Shown here: piece after piece, positions 8,809 to 19,026 of the stretch | Numbering within the stretch: position 1 is the first letter of the stretch | Layout: each line of letters begins with the position of its first letter | Assembly: GCA_052055015.1 (NCBI GenBank) | Contig: JBQJIT010000065.1 | Direction: 5' to 3' (one strand) | Length of the DNA stretch: 37,266 bases | DNA from: Malassezia furfur | Lineage: Eukaryota | The notes under the pieces: generated by a model | Told to the model about the DNA's origin: nothing | Seen by the model: only the letters and a program-made list of their open reading frames with translations | Database searches by the model: none | Program-made: the position numbers and the translations under genes

Positions 8809-10180
8809 CTATTCACTGATAAACGTGTGCTCCTCAAAGAGTGTGCCCTTCACCGTGACCGTCTCCTCAGACCCGGAGTCGGATGCAGGGAGCTTCAACT
8901 TGAGCTCCGCAGGGTTCATGGTTTGATAGATGTACGGCTTCGTGCCGGCAACATAGTTCACGATCTTCTTCACAAAGAAGGGAATCTCTTCCATGACATC
9001 GACCTTGTCGACCAGGCCCTTCGTTGCAGAAGGCGCGCCCAGCTGCACCTGGAGCTCTGCCGAAACAGGCTTGTGCTGGGCAATGGTTTGGCCATCCCAA
9101 CGATACGCAATCGACTGCGGCACCTTGTAGCCAGTCAGGTCATCTAGCACCTTGTCCAAGTGGTCAATGCGCGTCTTGCTGTGGCGCGGCGGCGCGTCTT
9201 CAGGCGCATCCAAATCGCGCGTCCCAGCAACGACTGCGATCAGCTCACCTTTGTGTACGAGCGAGCCAATCGTGACGATCTGCGACGCCCGCTTCATGGG
9301 CGTCCCATCCTCACCAACATGGCAGATACCATAGTCCGACGTCGTGGTGAACTCCATCAGCAGCGCCGAGACGCCATCCTGCTCGGGGCTCTGGAACGTG
9401 CAGAAGTTCCACCGAGCAGCCACGAGGTTCGGGCGCATACCTTGAATGGCATGCACAAAGGCACCTTGGCCATTTGCGTCGATGGCGGCACCGTCCAAGA
9501 CAATCAGACCGCTTGTCACAGCGTACGGCCAGAAACGGTGCACGACGTACCCAGCAGGCGAGGCGATGTTTTCACCAAAGTAGCTGAACCCGCCACGCTC
9601 ACCATTTCCGAGCTTCCAGCCCTTGGCGGCAGCAGGCCGCTTCATGGAGTACATAAGTTGCACGTCCTTGTCCAGGTTCGCCTGAATCATATATTCCTGC
9701 GAACCGTCGGGAAGATCCTTCATGGACACAGTGAAAGCATTCGACTTCGTCGACCGCTTCTCGTTGTCCAGTGGGGTAAATCCCTCCGCCTTGGTCGACT
9801 TCCAAATCTTACGGCCCGTCTTGGGGTTGAAGTACTTGAACGTCATGTGCACCTGGGGGTTCCAGAGGCTGGGTCAGCAAGGGAGGGGCACGTACCCAAC
9901 GGATGAGTAGATAATCTGGCTCATGACAAAAGCTCCATCCTCCAGAATCGAGTACCACACCTGTGTCTCGGTGGTGAGGCCCGACGGGCACGTCCAGTTC
10001 AGATCCGTGCGCGCCAACTCTCCGTACAATTCGGACTGGGGGAAGGCGTCCGAAATGGCATGGAAATTCGTTCCATGGCCGGCTGCACCAGCAGTTTTGC
10101 CCTCGTCTGCCTGCGGTTGCGATGATCCAGTCCTGGGGTCAACAAAATGATGCATACAGCCAAGAGCTCCAACTCGACAT
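8809..10180 (-). CDS. SVF1: Survival factor Svf1-like protein
   Basis: ATG 10180 (MSSWSSWLTG). Introns 10133-10157 (25 nt) and 9869-9895 (27 nt). Motifs TETQVWY, SQIIYSSVG, HRFWP, IQGMRPNLVAARWNF, DKVDVMEEIPFFVKKIV, TKPYIYQ, EHTFISE*. Confidence 0.88.
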
Positions 10181-10301
10181 GGTAATGTAAAAGCTTCCGG
10201 CCCTGCGACCAAAACAGGGTCGTGCACCGTCTTTGCACGTGGCCCAAATTTCGGCCGGCTCTCACCAAGGCGCAGAGCAACACGACCCATCTGACTGCGC
10301 G

Positions 10302-11307
10302 ATGCGCCTGCGTGCACGGGTCACGGATATAGGACTCTTGACGGGACTCGCGCGTAGGTTTCGTACTGATCGTAGAGACGGCATCAAATGTTTCCCCGCG
10401 GTCTTTCTTGCAATTCACGCCAGACTACTTGCGACTGATTTGCCCCAATGGCCGTGACGGGATCCAGATCTGGGCGACGCTGCCCGTCGTACGTGGGACG
10501 CTTACACAGTCGGCTCTCTTCGCCGAATACCGTGTCGAGTCCAATCGAAACAACGAGGTGACTTTGGAAGTGGCCACCGAAGCGTTGGCACGTGTGCTCC
10601 GCTCGGCGGCTGGCGCGTTGGACCTGGTCTTGCGTCTAGGCAAACGAAACGGTGAGCCCTTGTTGAGCATGGCGATCGCGATGTCATCCCATTCCGGATC
10701 GCGACTTGATGTCACGCAAGATATTCTCATTCGAATCCTGCGCACGTCGGAGCTGAACCTCATTACCGAGCCCATGTGTCCCCCACCTGATGTACGCACA
10801 ACTACGTTGACTCGCCTAGGTATATATCACGTTGCCGCCGCTGGCCGAGGTGCGCGCTGTTGCGGAACAAATGCGGCCTATGTCGAGTGAAGTGTGCCTT
10901 GCTGCAAATCAGCAGGGTACATTCCGCCTGGCTGTGCTCGACAGTGAAGTGGTGGGTGATGCGAGTTGGTCCGACCTCGAAATGCCCCGCGTACAAGGTA
11001 TGCTGCTGCGATCGGTCGCTGACAGGACAGGGCGTGACACGGGAATCGGCACGAGTTCCCGGGAATTTCACGAGGTCCGCCTGAGCATGCGTGCGCTGCA
11101 GAACGTACTCAGCAGTGCCTCAGTGGCAAAATCGACCATTGCGTGCCTTTGCGCTGACTATTGCATTGTATTATACGTGTATCTCACTGGCCAGCCAGAA
11201 CGAAGTGCGAACAACTCCGTCACCGGAGTTCTGAATGTATGTTACTGCGTTCCGATTGGATGCTTAAATCTCAGTTCATTGTCGCTGGCCTCGACTCCGT
11301 AGATTAA
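10302..11307 (+). CDS. HUS1: 9-1-1 checkpoint clamp subunit Hus1/Mec3
   Basis: ATG 10302 (MRLRARV). Introns 10354-10375 (22 nt), 10489-10509 (21), 10792-10819 (28), a possible in-frame one of about 33 nt near 10998, and 11237-11274 (38). Motifs FLQFTPDYLRLI, GIQIWATL, LFAEYRVES, EPMCPPPDVYITLPPL, CIVLYVYL. Confidence 0.82.
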
Positions 11308-12042
11308 GAAATTCGTTAATCCCGATCAGGCCGTGCCGCCGCAGTCCACGCACCCGCTGCCTGTCAACCGCGGTTATTTTTAGGCGCCTGGCCCGATCTG
11401 CCAGGCCAAGTTGCCTTGACTCACTCCACTAATGCTCCACAGCGAATCAGCGCTACTCTCGGAATTGAGGCACAGCTTATTCCTTTAGCCGGGCGTTGCC
11501 CAATAGCCTAGTAGGTGTTATTGACATGTCGGAACTCCGAAAGCGACGTAACTTACCTTTGTAAACGAGATCGATTCACCGGCGTTTACAGGTCCAAATT
11601 GCGAATTCGACGCAAGTTTGGCCAATGGCAGATAGACAACGTGGGGTTCATGGGAACACGATATAGCGACAGCTGTCCAGTTCAATTCCCGTCCAACGTT
11701 TGTCCCTTGCTCTGCAGGCTGGTCTTCTACCCAGCTTGACCCGGCTGGAAACCCAGCTAGAAGGACGGTTTGTGCATCTCCTGCGTTGGTGTGACGAACG
11801 TCGAAATTGGCACGTTGCTTTCCTACTTTGCAGAAAAAAAAAAAAAAACTGCGAAGCAGTAGAAGCTGCCGACGACCCAAAAAGCTGTAGATAGGCTTGG
11901 GTGACGACCTACCAGCAAGTACGGGTTTGTGCCTTGCAACAAGTGCATCAAGCCGTGCTCATTTTCCCTACAATCGCATACCGACCTACGACCCTAGATC
12001 CAGCGGTAAGACCGCGACGCGATTCCCTGTCGCTTGGATAGA

Positions 12043-14052
12043 ATGGGGTCGCAGACATGGACTGGATACGGACCTGAGGATGCCGACGACTTTTCTGGTT
12101 TGGGCCAAGCACATATGGACCCCAGCGATGCTTCACTAGGGCCCACGCCCCATCTCACTGATGCCGGTCCTCGTTTGTCCGTGGGTCTGTCTCCGCCCAA
12201 GTCCGTCAGCTTGGATGCGCCTAAGTCCTCGACCAAAACATGGCCGCCATTGCCTCCGGCGCCTCGCCACTACACCTATCCCCTACCCCAAGCCGAGCGC
12301 GAATTTATCTGGATGCAGTCGAATCCTGGCTCGCGCGAAGCATCTCATGCGTCTTCTCACGTCCCCTCTGACGCGCAGCCGATGCTGTCCGCCTTTGACA
12401 CGTCTTTGAGTGGGGCGCCTGGTCAGGACCGGTCGTTTGGCTCAGCTTCGCAGGCCATGGCCTCGATGGACCGCGAGACGCCGAGCCCTCGTCTCGCCTG
12501 GGAGCGCGGCTGGCCCAATGTGCCGCAAACTCTGACGATGACGCAGGCGCCTGACCTATCCTCCGCGACGCCCATGGTGCCCTCGGGGCAGCCGATGCGC
12601 TTGCCGCCGTCAACAATCAATCCTATGTATGCGTCCAACGACCTGCGCTGGCCGGAAGCTTCGCAGATGGGTCCTGGTGCGACGGTACCGTCGGGCCCCA
12701 TTCGGATCCATCCCAATGTGCTGGAAGGCGCCCAAGCACCAGGGCCTGGGGCGTGGAATAACCGAATGCCTCTCCCGCGCGGGCGTGCCGATACAGTGAG
12801 TCCCCACCATGACCGGCACAACCAAGAAATCTCTACCTTGTTCATTGCTGGCTTTCCCGATGACATTACCGAGCGCGAGTTTGCCAATATTTTTCTATTT
12901 TCCAAGGGCTTTGAGGCGTCCATGCTCAAGTACCCGACCCCCCCGCATCCTAGGGGAGGTGATGACGCTCACGACAAAGGACATCATGGCGAGCAACACG
13001 ACAAAGACACACCCGGCCCCGAGTCGACTGGCTCACGTAACAAGCAAATCATCGGCTTTGCTAAGTTTTACACGCGCGAGGAGGCGTTTGAGGCACGCGA
13101 GGTTCTCAACGGGTTCCGCATCGACCCAGAGCGCGGCTGTATATTGAAGGCTGAGCTCGCCAAGAAGAATTTACACACGAAACGAAGCGCACCCTGCGTC
13201 ATTAACAAGCATCAAGCCACCAACGCGCACGGCGTTGCATCTCGGGGCGTCGTCCATGAGACGCCGCTGTCAATGACCGACCCACATACGGCATATGCGA
13301 TGGCCATGTTGAACGCAGGCATCCCTTCTACCCAAACAAAGCACTTCCCTACGCCGCTCAATATGGCGGCAATGACCGACAATTCTCGTGATATCATATC
13401 ACCCGCGCTGCCGCAGAGTGCGCCGCCGCGCATGGATACTGTTTTGCCCAACCTTGGCGCGTGGACAATGCCTTCTAACTCGTTCGATATGTCGATGGGT
13501 GAACGAGGCTCGTACGTCGGTTCGCCGAATTTGACGCGTGGTCCGGCCGTGCTTGATGCGCCGCGGGGGCTCAACAAGATCGTGCCGTCCGGCTACGACT
13601 CGCTGCCTAAGCGACCTGACGTGAGCGTGCGTCAGGCGAGTCTTGGCGAGCCGCGCCGGCTATCCACCGATGCGCGCGTCGCCTTCCGCGATGCGGGCGC
13701 AGGCGAGCCTCTGACGAGCTTTGACCCGGCGGCGTCGCTTGGTCGCCTGCAGCTTGGCCGCGACTCACCCGTACCGGAGCGCCCCGAAGTCAAGGAGCGC
13801 GGCGAGCTGTCGATCCCCACGCCACGCACCGACACGGGCGATGCGGCGCTGAACAGTCTGCTAAACAGCTTTCCGCAGCGGCGCAGCCCGGTGTCGATCT
13901 ACACACCCTCGACACAGTCCGAGGGCCGCTCGAGGGAAGCCCCCGAAATGGAGTCGTCCTACTTTGACAGGCCTGCTGAGAGCCAGGACCCCGGCAGCAG
14001 CCCGGGGGCGATGCGCTCCGAAGACGCACTGGGTGCCCCAACGAGTTTGTAA
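12043..14052 (+). CDS. RNA-binding protein with an RBPMS/couch-potato-type RRM (Scw1/Whi3-like)
   Basis: Uninterrupted ORF. EISTLFIAGFPDDITEREFANIF...QIIGFAKFYTREEAFEAREVLNG...ILKAELAKKNL, flanked by P/S-rich disordered sequence. Confidence 0.82.
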   Translation: MGSQTWTGYGPEDADDFSGLGQAHMDPSDASLGPTPHLTDAGPRLSVGLSPPKSVSLDAPKSSTKTWPPLPPAPRHYTYPLPQAEREFIWMQSNPGSREASHASSHVPSDAQPMLSAFDTSLSGAPGQDRSFGSASQAMASMDRETPSPRLAWERGWPNVPQTLTMTQAPDLSSATPMVPSGQPMRLPPSTINPMYASNDLRWPEASQMGPGATVPSGPIRIHPNVLEGAQAPGPGAWNNRMPLPRGRADTVSPHHDRHNQEISTLFIAGFPDDITEREFANIFLFSKGFEASMLKYPTPPHPRGGDDAHDKGHHGEQHDKDTPGPESTGSRNKQIIGFAKFYTREEAFEAREVLNGFRIDPERGCILKAELAKKNLHTKRSAPCVINKHQATNAHGVASRGVVHETPLSMTDPHTAYAMAMLNAGIPSTQTKHFPTPLNMAAMTDNSRDIISPALPQSAPPRMDTVLPNLGAWTMPSNSFDMSMGERGSYVGSPNLTRGPAVLDAPRGLNKIVPSGYDSLPKRPDVSVRQASLGEPRRLSTDARVAFRDAGAGEPLTSFDPAASLGRLQLGRDSPVPERPEVKERGELSIPTPRTDTGDAALNSLLNSFPQRRSPVSIYTPSTQSEGRSREAPEMESSYFDRPAESQDPGSSPGAMRSEDALGAPTSL

Positions 14053-14108
14053 GTGAAACTGGTGCGCTCTCCGCGTGCAAGTGGGGACCCATACTAATGC
14101 CGTGAAAG

Positions 14109-14748
14109 CGACGCGCCGCCCGATGTGGATGCCGCACTAGACCTCGACGTGGAGGCAACGACGGGCTTGGAGCAAGCGTAAGTGGCGCCCTACTGACGCA
14201 GTGCCTACGCGGTTGGCTATGAGCAAGGTATCGACCGAGGCGAGCGCTTTGGACACGGTGAAGGGCGTCTGCTGGGGCGCGAAAAAGGATTCGAGCTCTG
14301 GGAAGAACTGGGCTACTACCTTGGCACGATCCATACCTGGCGGCGCATTCTTGAACACGAACGGGGCGGGTACGTACAACAAAGCTCACGCAGCGGCAGT
14401 CGCAAGACACAAAAGCAGCTGCAGCACCTAGGGAATCTTGAATCGCTTATCCAGCAGATGCCGATGCATAACGACTCGACGGTGCTCCACGATGAACACG
14501 CACCTACCTCTAACGACGACGATGATGAATCCCAGCCGGGCCTACAGCGGCTGCTCGAGCGGATCCGCGCGCGCTACAAGCTCGCGAGCTCCAGCTTGGG
14601 CATGCCGAGATACACACAACTCCCTTATACAGAGGCCACCAAGCCGGAGACGGGCGGGCCCGAGGCAAGCGGCCCCGCCGAGTCCGCCAAATCGCACTAC
14701 TCCCGCGTGGCTGGGCAGCTGGTGGATGTGACGCAACTCAAGTACTGA
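14109..14748 (+). CDS. LTO1: Lto1/ORAOV1-like Fe-S targeting adaptor (Yae1_N GX3 repeats); start must come from an upstream exon
   Basis: Intron 14178-14201 (24 nt) gives LEQAAYAVGYEQGIDRGERFGHGEGRLLGREKGFELWEELGYYLG. The C-terminal part has LLERIRARYKLASSSLG. No in-frame ATG lies between TAA 14095 and the domain. Confidence 0.8.
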
Positions 14749-14959
14749 GCCGCCGCATCACAAAGCGGCTGCGTGTGTATGAATGGTTTCTCGTCCACGA
14801 TGTATATACTATGGATGTAAGGATCACGGCGCGACCCCTTCCTGTCCACACGCCCAGAGCACCAGCCTTCCATAGCCACGCCGAGACAAGTGGAGGGTCA
14901 GCGAACAATTCTTGCCGTGGAGACGCCGTGCTGTGCGTGTAGGCCTGCTGATCGCGCCG

Positions 14960-16124
14960 ATGCACCATCACCACAGCGTGCACGACCATCTTTTCGGGGG
15001 TCATGCCCATACACATACCCACGGCTGTGCAGAGGCTGCCGCGGTCGGCATCCAGCCGGGCCGGGCAGGGACACAGCGCACGGTCGCGCAGGTCGCGCTC
15101 CTCGGCCTCGTGTCCAACGTGCTGCTGTGCCTCCTGAAGGCCGCGGCAGGGTGGGTTCTGGGCAGTGCCGTGCTGTTAGCTGATGCTTCCCATTCGGCAT
15201 CCGACACCTTTGGCGACGTTCTCGCCTTGTGTTGCTTGTACAAAGCCCAGAAACGGCCCACGCCGCGATACCCGCTGGGCTACGGCAAGCTCGAGACGCT
15301 CGGGAGTGTGGGGATTAGCATCATGCTCCTTTGCTCTTCGGTCGGCATCATTGTGCATGCGTGCGCGCGCCTCATACAGACCATGCCCGATGCGTGGCGC
15401 GCGTCGCTAGGCCCGGCGACTTCATGGCTAGGGCGTATGCTGCAGGCCCTTGGTGCCGGCCACACCCACAGCCATGCGCACGCGCATGCGCACGACACAC
15501 ACGCTGCAAGCGTGAGCGCCATCTTGTTTGTGCTGATCGGCATCCTTGCCAAGGAAGCGCTCTATCAATTTACCCACCGCATGGCGCGGCGAACGCACAG
15601 CTCCGTGCTCGAGGTAGGTACCCATCCACTCACGCAGGCGAGCGCCTACCACCACCGCATGGAGGCCATCGGCTCGCTCGGCTCCTTTCTTGCGATTGCG
15701 GGAAGTTGGCTCGGCTTCCCCATGCTCGACCCGGTCGGTGGGCTGCTGCTGGCGCTGCTGTATGGACGCGGCGCATGGTCGCTGCTGCTCTCCGCGTTGC
15801 AACAGCTGTGCGACCAGCGCGTGTCGGAGGACGTGTACGAGGCGATCCAAAATGCGTTCGACGAGGCGATTGTCGAGTGCAAGGCCCATGCCACGCCGCC
15901 GTGCGAGTATAGTGCGTTGACGGCCATCGGCAGCGGGCGAAACGTCGTGGTGCACGCAACGTTGCATTTCTCGCCCCACGTCCGTGTCGCAGATGCACTC
16001 GAAACTGAGAAGCGCGTGCATGATGCGGTTCGTTCCGCGGTTCCAACGGTACGTGGGCACGCGAGGTATCCTGACGCAGATCATCGTGCTCCAGATCCGG
16101 CTGAGTCTTGCAGAGGTAGCGTAG
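14960..16124 (+). CDS. Cation diffusion facilitator (CDF) metal transporter, Mmt1/FieF-like
   Basis: His-rich N-terminus. GSAVLLADASHSASD, YPLGYGKLETLGS, AYHHRME, LDPVGGLL. Introns 15614-15637 (24 nt) and probably 16049-16079 (31 nt), so the 3' end is approximate. Confidence 0.82.
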
Positions 16125-16139
16125 GTCGAACTATGGCGC

Positions 16140-16593
16140 CTACTTGGGGATGCCCTCCGGGTAGCCCGAGTTCGGCGAGGGCTTGTAACGCCACGGCAGC
16201 CCCGACTCGTCGAGGCGCTTTTCGGCCTCGGGCGTGGCCCACTGCCGGACGCTGTGTGAGTTGCGGAGGAAGCAACGTACCTCTTGTCGGGCTTGTAGTA
16301 GAGCAGGACACCAAATGCGGCCATCCCACCATAGAAGCCCCAGTACCAGAGGCGCTCCCAGGCGGCCTTTTCCCGCTTCTGACCCGGCGCGGGCGGCTGT
16401 GTGAGACGCGCGACCCACCTTTTCACCAAAGAGGTAGCCTGGGTGTTAGTACGGCGTGTGCGCGTGATGGGGACATACCCGACGGCTCGTTGTAGCTCGG
16501 AGGACCGCCTGCATAGCGGCGCTGCATGCGCAGAGCCATGGGGCGCTGCGTAACCGCGCGCGCGGTGCTCAAACTGCTGACGCGCGCAAACAT
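16140..16593 (-). CDS. Complex I ESSS/NDUFB11 (NP17.3-like) subunit
   Basis: Arg/Ser-rich presequence. Introns 16439-16478 (40 nt), 16397-16418 (22), 16252-16280 (29). Product YNEPSGYLFGEKPPAPGQKREKAAWERLWYWGF...YYKPDKSVRQWATPEAEKRL. Confidence 0.85.
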
Positions 16594-16772
16594 GAAGGGG
16601 GAATGGCGGCGCGGACGGACCTGGCCCAGTGGTGCCCTCACGTGCATGGATTAGGTAAGCGTGTTTGTCCGGCGCTCTGGTGGCAGCGGGGGGTGCTCTT
16701 AGCGACGCCACAGGCCACCGTACCCCCGCTGTTTGGACGACGTGTGCTGGCCGTGTGCACTAGGCGCTTGCG

Positions 16773-18271
16773 ATGGCCATATTGGTTGAATCGGTGGCGG
16801 GAAACACGCTGGTACAGCCGCATGCATCCTCCCACCTGGGTGGGGCGGCGTACCAGGCACAGCCGGCAGGCATCGATCTTGCCGAGACGGTCGTGCACGA
16901 CACCGACGGGCACGACGACGTCGAGGCGGATGAGGACGAAGAGGAGGTCGGTCAGCCGGAGCTGATGGCGCCCGAGCTGCTGAGCGAGGCCATGGTGCGC
17001 TCCGGCTTCCTGCTCAAGCGCGGCGACAAGCGCAAAGTAGGTCCCCCGTCCTCACACAGCACTGGAAAAAACGCTGGGTGGTGCTGCGCGCCTCACGCCT
17101 CGCCTTTTACAAAAACCAGAAAGAGTACCGGCTGATGAAGGTGGTCAACACACACGAGATCCGCGCCGCCGTACCAGTCGACTTTAAGCGTGTTGGCCTT
17201 ACCGTCGGCATCGTCACCCCGGAGCGGACGCTGTACATCCGCGGCGCCACGCAGGAGGAGACGTATGCCTGGCTGCACGATATCAATCGCATCCGCGAGC
17301 AATCGCGCGACTCGCAACCGGGCCATGAGCTCGCGCACCAGATGCACGCGCTTCACATGCGCACCGACGGACGGCCTACGTCGCCCCGCATGGATACGGG
17401 CCCCGCGGCATACCACCGGGCAGAGCAGGGCACAATGCCGGCGCCTATAACCATTGCGCCACGCTCGGTGACCGCGCCGACCGTCAGCATTTCACAGGTG
17501 TGCGACGACATGCGCGCGGAATCGATGGTACTGAGTACGTCGCCGACATCGATGACGGCGGCGCAGCGTCCGCCGGTGGGGCGCGACGAGTCGCATGTTG
17601 GCGACATGCTGAGCCCTCGTCTGCGTACCGCACCGCCGATTTCCGAAGCGTTCGAACACGACGACGCGCACGACGACGCGCGGCTGATGCCGCCGGCGAT
17701 GCAGCCAGTCCTGAGCTCATCCGAAGAGGAGGGCGAACAGGACGAAACGCGCGTTGCCCCCGTGCCGCTGCCGCTGCCGAGTCGTGACGAGGACGTGGAC
17801 CGGATCGTTGCGCAGGGCTACCTAATGAAGCAGAGCTCGCGGCGAAAGCAGTGGCGCAAGCGGTGGTTTGTGCTGACTGTCCACAATATCTTCTATGCGG
17901 GCAGCCACATGGACAGCCGCGCGCACCGCAGCATCCCCACATCGATGATCCTCGACGTGATGGAGTGCGAGCCGCCTGCGAGTGCAAATCCGCCATTCAG
18001 CCTGCGCTCGCTGTCGAGCGCAGCGCTGCCGACGGATGCGCCGCATGGCAAGCACGCAGCGCACGCCGACTCGCCGATCCAGACCGTGTTTGCTCCGTCG
18101 AAATCGCGCATGGAGCACTGCTTCAAGATCGTGACCCCAATGCGGACCTACTTTTTGTGCGCGCCAACCGAAGAGGAGGAAATCAAGTGGCTCAGCGCCC
18201 TGCAGACCATCCTAAACCGGCAACACTGTGCACCTGGGTCCCAGCAACGAACCGTGATGAGCCCCCACTGA
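16773..18271 (+). CDS. Tandem PH-domain protein (Opy1-like)
   Basis: Intron 17037-17059 (23 nt) gives PH1 VRSGFLLKRGDKRKHWKKRWVVLR...LAFYKNQKEY. PH2 is QGYLMKQSSRRKQWRKRWFVL...FKIVTPMRTYFLCAPTEEEEIKWLSAL. Confidence 0.85.
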
Positions 18272-18295
18272 ACCGAAGTACTGTATATATGTTTG

Positions 18296-19002
18296 TTAGA
18301 GACCTTCGTCTACGTTGACCACGCGACTCGGATCGGTCAGGTGTGCCACGTCCGCCCACCGGCGCAGCACCGCCGGTGTGCTTGTCAGGTCGATCTCCGA
18401 AATGCTGCAATTCCAGAAACGCGAGGGCTGTACGTCTGGGGCGAGCTCAACGTGCCCATCAGCGAACAGCACCGTATTGGTGAGCGCACTGAGCGCACCG
18501 CCGTGGCTCACCAGCACCGTCGTCCCTGGCGTGCGCGCAGCCGTCACACGCAGATCGTCATAGAAGGCCCGCAGCCGTGATGTCATCCTGCGTCAGCATC
18601 GCGCACACGTACGCCTCGCGGCTCTCGATGCCCTCGGTGTCGTCGGGCTTTTGCGAAGGACCTCGGTACACTTTGCCCTGCAGCACGCCAAAGTGGCGCT
18701 CCATGATGCGCGCATCTGTCTCGACGGGGACTTTGGGATGGTGCCGTGCAATGGCCTCTGCAGTCTGGGTTAGTTTGGCGCACGTACATGCAGTGCGCGC
18801 GTCAGCGGGCTCGACACGATGCGCACAATCGGCGCGTCGCGGAGCGCCTCGCCCGTCATGGTCGCCTGGCGTCGGCCAAGATCATTGAGCGGCGTGTCCA
18901 GCTGGCCCTGGATAATACCTGCATAAGCATTGGCGACGCACCCTGCACATTCTCATTCGTCTCGCCGTGCCGCACGAGCAGCAAGCGCGGCGAAGACGCC
19001 AT
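18296..19002 (-). CDS. Histidine phosphatase (phosphoglycerate mutase-like family)
   Basis: ATG 19002. Introns 18919-18941 (23 nt), 18765-18787 (23), 18588-18612 (25). LLLVRHGETNEN, SSPLTRALHTA, ERHFGVLQG, VLVSHGG, NCSISEI. Confidence 0.88.
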
Positions 19003-19026
19003 GGCAAGAAACAACCTCCACCTTCA

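Noticed and set aside
11549..11625. U1 snRNA-like start (ACTTACCT followed by a GATC-containing hairpin)
   Set aside because: No ATTGCAC loop or convincing Sm site is visible downstream. Kept only as an unassigned structured region.
16080..16495. C-terminal extension of the 527-aa CDF ORF
   Set aside because: It reads through a probable intron and overlaps the clear ESSS gene on the other strand.
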